DNA from: Emiliania huxleyi CCMP1516
Lineage: Eukaryota
Direction: 5' to 3'
Assembly: GCF_000372725.1 (NCBI RefSeq)
Contig: NW_005201202.1
Span: forward strand, 248,001-312,000
Length of the DNA: 64,000 nucleotides
Below the pieces are notes generated by a model. The model did no database searches and was not told the DNA's origin. It was given only the letters and a program-made list of their open reading frames with translations. The stretch's first letter is position 1, and each line of letters starts with the position of its first letter. Positions 34,294 through 46,657 of this stretch are shown piece after piece. The translations under genes and the position numbers were made by a program.

Positions 34294-35980
34294 CTGAGCC
34301 CTGGTGTCGAGGTGTCGAGGCCCGTTGTCGAGGGTGTCGAGGGCCTGTCGAGGCCTGTCCGAGGCCTGTCGAGGCCTGTCCGAGGCCTGGCCGAGGCCTG
34401 TCGAGGCCGGCCGAGGCCTGTCCGAGGCCTGTCGAGGCCTGTCGAGGCCGGCCGAGGCCTCGCGAGGCCTGTCGAGGCCGGCCGAGGCCTGTCGAGGCCG
34501 GCCGAGGCCTGTCGAGGCCGGCCGAGGCCTGTCGAGGCCGGCCGAGGCCTGTCGAGGCCGGCCGAGGCCTGTCGAGGCCGGCCGAGGCCTGTCGAGGCCG
34601 GCCGAGGCCTGTCGAGGCCGGCCGAGGCCTGTCGAGGCCGGCCGAGGCCTGTCGAGGCCGGCCGAGGCCTGTCGAGGCCGGCCGAGGCCTGTCGAGGCCG
34701 GCCGAGGCCTGTCGAGGCCGGCCGAGGCCTGTCGAGGCCGGCCGAGGCCTGTCGAGGCCGGCCGAGGCCTGTCGAGGCCGGCCGAGGCCTGTCGAGGCCG
34801 GCCGAGGCCTGTCGAGGCCGAGGCCTGTCGAGGCCGAGGCCTGTCGAGGCCTGTCGAGGCCGAGGCCTGTCGAGGCCTGTCGAGGCCTGTCGAGGCCTGT
34901 CGAGGCCTCTCAGGCCTGTCGAGGCTGATACCATGCTTGCCAGTGTCGAGGGGTGTCGAGGGGTGTCGAGGGGTGTCGAGGGTGTCGAGGGTGTCGAGGA
35001 TGTCGAGCGGGTGTCGAGTGTGTTGTCAAGTGGCGTCTGAGGTGTCGAGGTGTCCAAGGTTGCAGGATGCAGTTGCAGCCCATCAACAAAACTTTTGGGC
35101 AGCAGTTGCAAAGCTGTTTCATCCCTTAGTTGCAGCCTCAGTTGCACCCTGTTGATGTAGCTTGTAGCACAACCTGAGCACAACCAGTATACTCTCTGTG
35201 GACATTTGAGGACATCAAGTGCCGGGAGTCATTGCTACTGTGCACATCGATGTGCACAAAGGTGCTGTGCAGGCGCAGCAGCGCAGCAGCGTCGGATCGC
35301 CGCTGCAGCGTCTTCGCCCCTGCAGCGTCACCGGCGCACAAAGCGCAACTGACCACAGCGCTCATGGCACAAGGCTGGTGCCATGAGTCAGTGGACATTG
35401 CCACTGCACAAGGTGCTGTCCAGCAGCTAAGGGCTTCCCCGCGCGGGGCCGCTCCGGGGCGACCCGGGCGCCCTCCGACCAAACTGCTCTATTACTATCA
35501 TATAACAGTACCCCATCGCAGCAGCGTCGCCGCCGCTGATGCAGTGTCGCCATTGCAGCGTCGCCGGTGCACAAAGCGCATGTGGACCACAGGTCTGCAC
35601 TCATGGCACAAGCTCACTGGTGTGAGGATTCATTGCCACTGTACAAGGTGCTGTGCAGCACCTGAGGGCTACCTGAGTACTGCCATGTTTGCTACATCAA
35701 CAGGGGTGCAACTGAGCTGCAACTGAGCTAGAACTTGAGAGGCTGCAACTGAGGGATGAAAGTACTGCCAGCCAAGTTTGATTGCTGCTGCAACTTGATT
35801 TTCTAACTCTGTGACTCCAATGGGTCTACCCGGTACGTCTCTGCTGTGTTAGGATCATCAGAGGTGTCGAGCGGTGTCGAGCGGTGTCGAGGGGTGTCGA
35901 GTTGGTCGAGTTGGCATGGGGTGTCGAGGTGTCGAGTCGGTGTCGAGGTTTGGTGTCGAGGTGTCGAGGCCAGGGCTCAG
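34294..35980. mobile_element. non-autonomous DNA transposon (hAT-like), 11-bp TIR CTGAGCCCTGG, 8-bp TSD GTGGCCCT, long TGTCGAGG-type subterminal arrays
   Basis: TSD at 34286-34293 and 35981-35988. TIRs at 34294-34304 and 35970-35980. A 20-bp (GCCGAGGCCTGTCGAGGCCG)n array spans ~34380-34900. Confidence 0.88.
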
Positions 35981-36535
35981 GTGGCCCTGAGTTATGTGTA
36001 CGCCAACTCCGGGTGTGTGGCAGCCAGCTGGCTGTGTGTCTTGTGAGCTTGTTTGTGTCTGTGTGTCGCTCGTGCGTGCCGTCATCATCTGTCTCGCGTC
36101 CACCCATACCGCGTTGGTGTCCAGTCCGAGCCTGGCTGTTCTTCACCTTTCTACCTACCTACCTACCTACCTCGTGTGTGGCGCGGCCCCTCGACGTCTC
36201 CTCCTTCCTCCACTTACCTCCTCTTCCTCTGCACGGCACCCCTAGTTTGCCAGCGCACCCTTCGGCCGCACCATGGCCTGCGCGACAAAACGGACAACAT
36301 GCTCTCTCGGCTTCTCTCGCTTCTCGGCGTGACGCTGCTCTCCTGTCGTATTTTGTCTGCGACGGAGGAGAGAAAGGAAAGAAAGAAAACACCGATCCCA
36401 AACGAGGGATGGGGGAGGAGGACAGGGTCCCCAAAGAAAGAAAGAAAACAGACACCCCAAGGGAGGGATGGGAACAGGGTCCCCCCCTTCACTAGCGCGC
36501 GCGAATTCTTTTTCTTGAGTCGAGAGAGTCTCTTT

Positions 36536-37241
36536 ATGGAGAACCCACAGACCTCGGGAGGCCAGCCGGTGCCGATGGCCGGCGAGATGTTTGTGCTGAG
36601 CCGTCGCGGGCTCGCCTTCACCGCCAGCAGCGGCAGCCGCAAGTTTCAGGCCGGTGGCCAGCTCTTCCTCTCGCCGCTGCGCATCGTCTTTGTGGCGCGC
36701 GATCTTCCGTCCCGCGGCGGCGGTTTTCCCCGCGCTGACACCCCCCCCCCTCCCCACGGCGCAGGCAGAGGAGTCGTCCGGGAGCGGGCTGCTGGGTACC
36801 CTCTTTGGCGCGTCCAAGGCCAACGTGCTGGCCTTCGACCTGCCGCTCGCGACCCTCGAGAGAGAGAGCTTCAACCAGCCCATCTTTGGCGCAAACAACC
36901 TCACGGGCGTCAGCCCTCCGCTCCCGGGCTCGGCCTGCGACGGAGCCGACATTCACTGGTGCCTCTCCTTCCAAGACGGCGGCGTCGGCACCTTCCTCCC
37001 CATCTTTTTCGGCCTGCTCGCCGAGATGCGCTCACGCCTCGAGGCTGAGCGGAGCGGTGCGGCCGGTGCGGCGGCCGGCGGGTCCACAGAGGTGCCGACG
37101 GCATTCGCAGTCGCGGTGCCTGAGACGGCGGTGGCCGAGGTGGTGAGGGCGGCGTATGTGGACCCTTCGGACCCGACCAAGCTGTACGTCGAGGCAGCTG
37201 GCCCGCGCGCGAGGAGGGGCGGCCACAGCTTTCGCGAGTGA
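36536..37241 (+). CDS. WBP2/UPF0664 (GRAM/PH-like) family protein
   Basis: MENP..P.AGEMFVL, G.LFLSPLRIVFV, AFDLPL..ESFNQPIFGANNL.G, LSF.DGGVGTFLP.F and AYVDPSDPTKLY. GC-AG intron 36695-36764. 3' end uncertain. Confidence 0.8.
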
Positions 37242-37537
37242 GGTGTCGTGGCAAGCCTCGATAACGCCCCAGGCCTCCAGGGTTGTGGATCGGCCGGGGC
37301 AGGGGCTGGGCGTGTTGTACTCTCTGGGTGGCTGCCGGGCCGACAGCGGACAGGGCGGGCGCGATCGCGACGCGGACTGCAGAAATCTCGTGCGTCGTGT
37401 GAGCTCGTGTGACAAAGTTTACTCTCAGATGGCTAGCCAGATGTGCTCCGAGGTGCGACGTCTCTCGTCTGTGCTCGGCCAAGGCCGACTGCACGCTATA
37501 AAGGCGCTACACGCGGCGTGCCGGCGTGACGTACACG

Positions 37538-37912
37538 TAGGGTTGCCTAACGTTAGGAGCTGAACAGTGTTGCTAGTGTTAACAGTAACAACAGAACAAC
37601 AGTGGGGCTCCCCAACAACAGTAGCTAACGTTAGGCCGACTGAACAACAATAAGGAAGGCCTACCAGTGACCCACGACGATCTCCAGCGTCCAGCGGTGC
37701 GGGTAATATACCCGAAAATACCCGGAAAATCCCAGGTATTTTCGGTTTTTACCCGGTTTTTTTGCCATTTTCTGCTTGCTGGCCGCTGAACAACAGTAAC
37801 AACAGTAACAAACAGCAACAGCATGGGCTGGGGTGAACACTTGAACAACGTTGAGGATTTCAGCCAACAATAGCGCAACTGTTAGGCCCCAAATTAACGT
37901 TAGGCAACCCTA
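37538..37912. mobile_element. hAT-type MITE (375 bp), 18-bp TIR TAGGGTTGCCTAACGTTA, 8-bp TSD CGTACACG
   Basis: TSD at 37530-37537 and 37913-37920; perfect TIRs. Confidence 0.92.
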
Positions 37913-38175
37913 CGTACACGCCGACCTCTGCGCTCTGGCTCGTCTTGGCTCTTGCACGAGATCACGCGAGTATATGTGTATGGGCCACGATGATGTCAAA
38001 TCCTGATTTGTGGAGCTCCCACATGGGATTACCTAGAGAGCACCAGTCAAATATGAGGGGTTTTGACTCCTACCGGCTCCTGACGCTATCCCTGGCAGCT
38101 CTAATGACCAGGATCAGTAGTGTTGTGATAGAGGGTGCCCATACTAGCACAGGAGCTGCCACACTCGCCCGGACC

Positions 38176-38551
38176 CAGTGCTCGATCTTTACCGGTATGG
38201 GAGTTTTTGGCTAATCAAACCCAAGGCCTGCACTAATCAAAAAGTGGTACGGGATACCAGTTGCCTCACGGAAATCAAAGCGAGTCGGAGTGCCTTCTTG
38301 GTGGCAAAATCGGCAAAATCGGCAAAATACCGGGTATTTTGCGGGTATACCTGGAAAAACCGGGTATACCCGGGTAATACCCGCACTTTTGCATGGTTTC
38401 GCCCCCGGGGCCCGGGACAACACCGACAGCCGCTACAACTATATAATGAAAACCCCGCATACCACTTTCGCGTACCACTATACCATACCACTCCAAACCT
38501 AATCAAAATATCGCAAAATACCGGTCTCATACCGGTAAAGATCGAGCACTG
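38176..38551. mobile_element. hAT-type MITE (376 bp), 24-bp TIR CAGTGCTCGATCTTTACCGGTATG, 8-bp TSD CCCGGACC
   Basis: TSD at 38168-38175 and 38552-38559; perfect TIRs. Confidence 0.92.
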
Positions 38552-39455
38552 CCCGGACCGTCCCCTTCTGGGCCCGGTTCCGCAGCCCAGGAGAGCCCCG
38601 ACAGCGGGGCCGTGCCGCGGGTGCCTACTGCCGAGTGCCACAAACACTGCGCCGCCCCGCCATCACCTACAGGCTGTCTTGTGTGATGGTTGGGATGTCC
38701 AAACGCCACCATCTTGGCTCTTGCGACCTCAAACCCACGAGCTGCATGGGTGGTCCTGACGTCGACAGACGCCCGAGGACCACGGTGAAGCTGAGCCGGA
38801 ACGCGTCGACAAGTCTCGTCTGAGCCCGTGGTGGTCGCCGGCTGAGTCGCCGTGCACGGGTCGGTACCTCAGGCGTCACCTCCGCAGCCTCAGGTCTCAA
38901 ACTCCATCACCTCCGACGGGACGCCTTCGGTGGCACGCTCGGCGGCGACTTTGTGGCAGCCCCACAGCGAGCGCGGCGTCGAGCCTGTTCGTTCTGGTCG
39001 GTTCGCCGCACTCCCTGGGTGCCAGGGAGTGCCGCCGACACGCGAGCGGTGCTTCCCGGCAGCGCGCGCCGGCTGTGGGGCTGTCACAAACAAGTCACTT
39101 TTTTTGGACATTTTCGACGCTTTTGGCCCATAGCCCATATACTCGTGCAACAAGCCACCTACACGCTCGCACACCATCACCACTCCGTTGCTGAGTGGCT
39201 CTCCCAGGCGCTCAGCCCACGGCGGAGCTAGCGGCGGAGGCACGCCAGGCCCCGGGGAGTCTCGGCCGTCTCTCCTCGCCTTTAAGCGCCTAAGCGGCCT
39301 AAACGGGGGTTGCTTTAGGGTGCTTACAGCTTACAGTGGGACTCAGTCGCCTCGTCGTTTTTCTTCTTCCGCGCGCCTATCGTCGGCCTTTTGTCGGCCC
39401 CGCCCAAGAGCTCTCGGTCACGCGATTTTTTCAACAGCTTCTGTCTCGCCGGAGC

Positions 39456-42400
39456 ATGTCCTGCCCGACCGCGAGGACCGCCGCCGCCTTCGCCTTTGCT
39501 TCTGTCGCCGCCTCGACGCTCGCCTCGGTCGGCCGCAGCTCGCCGCTCGGCCTGCCTCTGATCACCGGCTACCTCGTCGCTGGTGCTGCCGCTGGGCCAT
39601 ACGTGCTCGGGATGCTCACGCACGACGATTGCACCAGCCTCGCCGACCTCATCAACAATGACGCGATGGGCTTCATCGGGTTCTCGGCCGGCACCAAATT
39701 TCTGCTGAGCGACATGGAGGGCACGATCCAGCCGACGCTGGTGCTGCTGACGGCGCTGGTGCTCGTGACGTACGGGCTGGTGGGAAGCTGCTTCTACTTT
39801 GCCGCACCCTACCTCCCGCTCACAGCCGGCCAGACGCCGGATGTTCAGCTTGCGACGTCGATGGTGATTGCTTGCCTCGCGGCGCGCTCTCAACTCCTCT
39901 ACACCTCCTCACACCGCAAACTCCACCCACCCGCCCCGCTTGGGCGCACACCGCCGCGAGCATTCCCGCTCGCGCCACCACGCCCACGGCCCGCCCATCA
40001 CACATCACCGACGCACGCACCACCGACGCACGCACCACCGACTGACACGCGGACACACGTCCACCGACTCGCCCTCCGACCCGTCCGCAGGTCGCGCGCT
40101 CTCCCTCGTCCGCGATCGCGCTCATCACGGAGCTGGGCGCGCGGGGCGCCTTCACCACGATGACTCTCTCACTCACGGTCCTGACCGACGTCATCGTCGT
40201 CGTCCTCTTCGCCGTCACGATGCTCCTTGTGCACGCGATCGCCCGTCGCCCTAGCATGCGCCAGCGCCCGCCCTCGAGACGCCGCAACACAGCCCCCCCC
40301 CTTGGACGCCGCAGCAGGCACCCCCTAGACGCTCCTCGTCGGGCCGCGTCGAGGCCGTAGCTGCCTTCCCCGCCGTCACAGCCCGCCTCCTCCTTCCCAC
40401 CCTCCCCACCCGCAGGTCGGCGACGGCGGCGGCGGCCAGCCTGGCTGGGTGGTGCTGGCGAGCTTCGCGGCGCAGATCGCCGTCTCCGTCCTCATCGGAG
40501 TCGTGCTCGGTTACGCGATGGACTGGACCGTCCGTATGACGGCCGCGCTGCACGCAAAGTTCCGCCTCCACGGCGGCGGCAGCATGACCAGCACGGGCGA
40601 CCGCCGGTCGATACAGTGAGAGGAGGCGATCTCGGGTAATCTCGGGTGATCTCGGGCAATCTGGGGTAATAGGCGATCGCCGGTCGATCAGCGAGAGGGT
40701 GGCGTGCCCCGCCGCGGTGGTGCTGTCGATCCAGGTCGCCATCGTGGTCGGCGGGGTCGGCAGCAGCTGCCCCGGCAGTTTCGCGGACCCTTCCCGGCGC
40801 CGTCTGGTAGGTTGCTATCGTGCTCGCCGAGTCGATGCTGATGCAGCTCACCGGCTTTGGCATCTTCGAGTCGGAGCAGTGGGAGGAGAAGACGTGGGGC
40901 GGTACCTTCCACCAGCCGCTCATCATCTCGATGGTCGCCGGCTTCACCGTCGCCAACTATACGCCGAGCAGGCTCGCGTCCCGAGAAGCGGAAGACGTGG
41001 TCTTGCTGTCCCGAGTAGCGCTCGAGAGGACACGGACTCACGCGGGGCTCTGAATACTCTTGACAATGCCGTCTTCCCGCCCTGATGTCGGCGTATTCAC
41101 CGCGTAGGCTCGAGTTCCTGCGCATCCTCCACGACTCGTCCGAGGCAAGAGACTACCCGAGACTACCCGAGATCACCCGAGATCACCCGAGATCACCCGA
41201 GATCACCCGAGATCACCCGAGACTACCCGAGACTACCCGAGACTACCCGAGACTACCCGAGGCATCCTCGACGACTCGTCGAGGCCATCCGAGAGGGAGA
41301 GGGAGAGGGAGAGGGGAGGGCCAGGCAGAGAGGCGGAGAGGCAGGGAGGCAGAGCGGGAGGGAGAGGGAGAGGCAGCGAGAGGAAGGGCAGCAGAAGGGC
41401 AGCAGGGGCGGCGGGGCCTCCCCCTCGCACAACGCGTCGGCCGCACACCTCGACTACGCGCGCCTACCCCCCTCCCCCGCCCAGGTCATCTACATCGCCT
41501 TCTTCACGCTCACCGGCGCGTCGCTGCAGCTCGACGTGCTGCTCGTGCAGGCGCCCACCCGCCTCCTCCTCCTCCCTGTTTGCATGACCGACTCTCCTCT
41601 TCCTCCTCCTCTCTGCTGCATCACCGACCCCTGTCTTCCTCCTCCCTCCCCCCTCCTCCCTGACCTGCCCCTCTCCTCCTCCCTCAAGGCGCCCACCGCC
41701 CTCTTCCTCTTCGCCCTCCGCGCCGGAGGGATCGTGCTCGGCGCAAAGGCCGGCGCCTACCTCGTCGACGCGGAGCCGGCGCACCGCGACAAGTACTGGA
41801 TGACGCTGCTGACGCAAGCCGGCGTCACGCTCGGCTTGATTACCCGCGTGGGCGACGCGCTGCCCATCAGCGGCGAGCCAGCCAGCCTCGCCACTGCTGA
41901 GGCAGCACCGCTCTTCTGAGTTTGACGGCTCACGCCAGGCGAGCTCACCACCCTCGTCATCGCCACCGTCGTCCTCAACCAGTTCGTCGGGCCGCCCCTC
42001 TTCAAGGCCGCCGTCCTGGCCGTCGGAGACGCGCACGCCGACTACGCGCCGGCAGACGGCGGCAGGCTGGGCGTCCTCGAGTCGTCGCGGCCAAAGGCTC
42101 GGTGCGCGGTGATCGTGAGCGCGGCGGGCGACTGGGAGGCAAAGGCGCTCACGCTGCGGCTGCAGCGGCGAGGATGGCGCGTGCTCGAGTGCGGCATGGA
42201 GACGGGGTGCGAGCCGCCGCCCCGAGCCCCCCCCCCCCCCCCGATTCTCGCTCGTACTCCTTGACGAGCCAATCAGGCGCGAGCTGCCGGCACGGCAGCA
42301 GCGCCGCGTCCCCGGCCGGGGCAGAATCGACCGGCGAGAGCGGCGCTTCAAGCAGGCGCTGCGGGCGGGGCATGTCATCGGTGCCGAGAAGTTTCGCGCG

Positions 42401-43292
42401 GACGGCTCGGTGCTCGAGCGATCGACGCGCAAGCCGTCGGCGTTGGGCAAGCAGCCGAGCGGGGCGGTCCCGCTGCTTGACAAGGGCGCGGGGCCGTCCT
42501 TGGGCGAATGGGAGCTGCAGCTGCTCTGGGCCATATCCTCGCTCGATGCGCTGGACGTGCTCGTGCTGCTGCAGAGGGACGAAGCCCACACCGCTCCCCA
42601 CCGCGCGCGCGCCAAACCCGCCGCGCCGACGCCCCCCGTCCGTCGTGTGTAGGACGACGACGCCAACTTGATTGCGATGCGGCACTTGGGCGGGACGGCC
42701 TCCCTCTTGCCGGAGCTCCTCAAGTGGCAGACAGTGACGCCGCAGCTGCTCGTCGAGGCGGCGGCGGCGGCGCTTGCAGCAGCGGCGCGACCCACACTTC
42801 CACCGCGCGCGCCGGGCCGTGACTAGGTGAACGACATTGCGCGACAGGAGGAGTACGAGAAGGCGTGTCCGCCGCAGTTCCGGCTGACGCTCGTCTGTCC
42901 CACGCTGGCGAGCCGGAGCTTCGTACGCGCGGCGCTGGCTTTGAGCCGCGTCTCCTTACGGGCTGCAGCCGTGAGTATAGGCGATCCCGAACCTGTTTGC
43001 CGAAATGCTGCACCCCGACTGCCACTGGACACTCGAGATTGACAACGACAAGCCGCTCTCGGGGCACCCGGTCGCGCCGCTCGGGACCATCTCCGAGGTG
43101 GCGAGGGACTCGAAGACGCTGAAGAAGGCGTCCAGCGACTACGGCGGGTTTGGCGGGCGCGAATCGGCGCCGCCGTTTCAAAACGTGCCCGAGTCGCCAC
43201 TCGCATCGCCGGGCGACTTGCGCGACCACCACATTTTTGCGACCACATCGCTCGCGGGGACCGGCATCCCAAAGTCGAACACTGGCCTCTAG
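39456..43292 (+). CDS. cation/H+ exchanger family (CPA, Na+(K+)/H+ antiporter-like) protein with cytosolic C-terminal extension, multi-exon
   Basis: GLPLITGYLVAG..GPYVL, FIGFSAG, SPSSAIALITELGARG.FT..L.LTVLTDVIVVVLF, PLIISMVAGF.VAN, IAFFTLTGASL.L, LLTQAGVTLGL and VVLNQFVGPPLFK. The 3' exons beyond ~42100 are less certain. Confidence 0.8.
41148..41262. repeat. intronic 10-bp (CCCGAGATCA/CCCGAGACTA)n minisatellite
   Basis: Visible; related arrays at ~19220-19312, ~28950-29010 and ~40628-40670. Confidence 0.9.
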
Positions 43293-44119
43293 GCCTGTCG
43301 AGAATTGGCCGATCGCTGTGTGAGTCGTGCGCGTGGCCTGACAAGAGAGTGGCACCTTCTTTTCCGCAGATCCATGGCGCGTGTAAAGCCGTAGCTATGA
43401 GTATGACAGGGACCGCGGCCGCGGAACCGGCGGCGGACGGGGCTGGCGCGCAAGCGCCGGCCACCGTCGTGCCGCCGGGGATATGCGCAGCGGACCCTGG
43501 AATCGCTCCGATCGCGTGCAACCGGGAGCGCAGCCATTCCAACGGCTGGGAAAATTTCTGAACGGCCGTGCATGCGTCTGCATGCCGGACAACTAAGAAG
43601 GTCCCTCGCTCCCGCTCCTCTCTCTCTCGGGGAAGACGCGCACCGGCCCGGGGACTCGCTTGCGATCCCGCTCCAGGCAGAGGCCGCGTGAGGCGTGTGG
43701 GACGGTGCACGCTGGGGCTCGGGCCCCGAGTGCGCTGGCCTCGCGTCTCGAGGGGAGGGCGGCTCGTAACTGAGGTTCGCCGTCAGAGACAGTCGTCCTC
43801 CCCTCCTCGGCCATTCCAACGGCCAGACCGCTCGCTTAAGGCTGATTGGCTAGACGAGCGGCCTACCTCCAACGGGGCGGTCCGGGAACGCGTGGAACCT
43901 GCCCACCTCGGTGGGAGGTGGTTTGGCGCCGACGGGCCGCCCTCTCCACCACCCTCGCCCAGGGATCTACAACGCTGTCTTAAGGTCCGACAGGTTCGGC
44001 ACCGGGCACCGCCTCGGTATACAAAATGCGCCTGCGGGCGGACCCTCACAGATCACAGATCACCTGGGGAGTCCCCCCACGTGATGGCCCTGGGGAGTCC
44101 CCCCGCCATCCCACCGGCG

Positions 44120-44255
44120 GGTATTACCTCTCTGTGCTCGATCCTCCAGTGCGCCCGCTGGCAGCTCGGGCTGCAGTAGCGCGGTGGTGGCGGGCAGTTG
44201 GCGCAGCGCCCGCACTTCTTGGAAGCTTCCGATCCACACGTGACACGCCGCCACT
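44120..44255 (-). pseudogene. isolated, probably degenerate MYND zinc-finger fragment
   Basis: RVTCGSEASKKCGRCANC..RYCSPSCQRAHWRIEH; first Cys codon appears as CGT (Arg); no clear gene context. Confidence 0.5.
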
Positions 44256-45099
44256 GCGGTGAGCGCGGCATTGACGCTACCTCGTCCAGCCCGAGCCTCG
44301 AATGTTTCGCGACGGACACATGTGTGTCTAGCACGTAAATCGTTCGGAGATCTTACAAGCTCTCACGCCGCGCGTAGAGCCCTTCGGGGAATAGCCCGTA
44401 CCATGCGGAATCGACCCTATCCAGTGCTCAAGTGCTCAAGTGCCTAGAGAACACAACCCGCAAACCGCACGCCCAGTCGCCCAGAGCCGGGGAGCTAAGA
44501 AGCAATGTGTATCGCGCGCCGTGCAGGGGGGGGGGGGGGGGAAGAGGAAGGAACCTCTTAGCGCCATCGCCATGGTGCTGCAAGCAGCGCCGGGCGACGA
44601 CGACTTACCGCCCCCCGGTCCCCCCTCGATGTTTGACGACTCGAATCCGTTTTTCTTCCCCGCGCGCGGGTCAATTAGTAAGACTCTAGCCTCTAAAGCC
44701 GTACTCCCAGCCCCAGCACAGCACTCAGCAGCCTCCACTCTCCACATGCTGACACTTGTGTGCTGACCCCCCCGCTCTCTAGATATAGAAGTTAGCAGAT
44801 AGCACGCCAAGGTTGATAAAAATTGAAATGACTAAATTTACCACTATGCACTAATGAGACAAAATTTTCAAATCCTAAAACACCCCACGACCCCTCACGA
44901 GTTCGCTAAGACCTAAGTTGTGCACAGTGCAGGTGTACAGGCTACAGCATGCACTGCATGGTTCTCAACGCACGCGAGAGCCGACGTAGAGTTGCAGAAC
45001 ACGTAACACGTATACCCCCCCCTCCCCCCGCCCCCAAGTATGTGCTCTCAGTCCTCCCCCGGAGGGAGTCCCCCGCCACATTTGCCCCAAGCCGAAGCC

Positions 45100-46619
45100 C
45101 ACAACTGTCTCACGCAAGTCCTCAACAGAGTGGGGCTCTGGCACAGAGCCACTATGGACACAGCTCAAGCCCTCCCCTCCCCAGCCTCGCCGCCGCCCTC
45201 CGAAACGGGCGTGCATCTCTCGGCCGCCGCCGGCCGCACTCGCTTGAGGGCGCGCAGCGGTCGTCACTCACTTGAGGGCGGCCGCGCTCGGCGCGGCGCT
45301 CGGCGCGGCGCTCTCGCGGATGACTTTGGCGAGCAGCCGGCCTCGTGCAAGGCCCTGCTCGCGGGAGGCCTCGGAGAGGCGGGTCCTGCGGTGTGAGTAC
45401 AGCAGGGTAGGGGCGTGCGACAGCGAGAGGGGCGTGACTACGGGGCGTGCGGCGCACGGGGAGACGCCTCGCGCGAAGACTGTGGGCTACTGAGTACAGG
45501 CCGAGAGCGTGCATGGCCAAAGGAGAGTGCCGGGTGCGCGTAGCCTCGAGCGGCAGCAAGAGATGGCGCGCGGGGGGGGGGGGGTTCCGCATCTGGTGAG
45601 GCGGCTCCTCGCTCGCAACCACAGCAGCGCCGCGGGCCGGATGGGCTTGAGCAGCAGGCCGGCGGCGTGCAGCAGCGCCTGCAGCCCCTCGAGCCAGAGC
45701 AGCGCCGCCTATGAAGTAAGAACCGACGATTAAGATGAGCCGGTGCGGCGGTCCCTCAAAGCAGCGCCGCCCAGTCGCTCGAGAAGCGGACGACGTACTC
45801 CCGCGAGAGCTGCGGGGAGCAGCCCCCAGGGGAGCGGCGGAATGAGTGGGGGGGTGGGGGGGGGGGGGCAGCTGCGGCGAGGGTGAGAGGGGCAGCAGGG
45901 GAGGGTGAGAGGCAGCAGGGGAGGGAGAGGCAGCGGTAGCAACGAGAGCAGCAGCGGTGCGGGGATGGCCGCAACTGTGCTTAGCCGCAAGCAGCGGCGG
46001 GTGGCCCACTTCTTTGCGCTCTGCGCGGCGTGGAGCCGCAGCGCCTCGGGCAGGTCTTCGGCCTGCATCGTGGGCCAGTAACTCATGCCCAACGAGTCAA
46101 GACTACCAGCATGACTACTAGCGAGTGGGCATCTCCTCTGCGTGCGTCATGAACTCACGCGGCAGTCAGGGGCGGAAGCACGGTCTCGCCAGCACGGACA
46201 CAAGGGTGGACACAGTGGGCTACGAATACGGTCGCATGCGGCTGAATGCGTGTCGGTCTCGGGGTCACAGAGAGGTCCGCTCCGCATCTAGTGGCCTCGG
46301 CGTAGCGCAGGCCGCTCAGCTCAGCGAGCGAGATGCGGTGGCGCCTGCTCACAGCCGCGGCAACTGTGAAGAGACGCCGCCTCGCCGCGCCCCTTCCTCG
46401 GCGAGCTGCGGCGGCGCGTGGTGAGCAGAGAGAGCTTGGAGGGTGGCGGGGTCAGGACGAGGGCGCCGTGGTCGTCGGAGAGGCGGAGGAGCCCCTCGGC
46501 CCAAGACATGAGCAGCTTGCCGCTCGGGTCCACCACGCTCACCTGAGGCGCGGGACGGGGGAGCCTCTCCACGCTCGCACGAGGTGGTGGGGTAAGGGCG
46601 TGCGTGCGTGCGGGCGTGC

Positions 46620-46657
<38 letters not shown>

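Noticed and set aside
34305..35050. Long ORFs in several frames and a CRISPR-like appearance of the 20-bp array
   Set aside because: Pure tandem repeat with no unique spacers and no cas genes, in a eukaryotic context; the ORFs arise because the repeat lacks stop codons.
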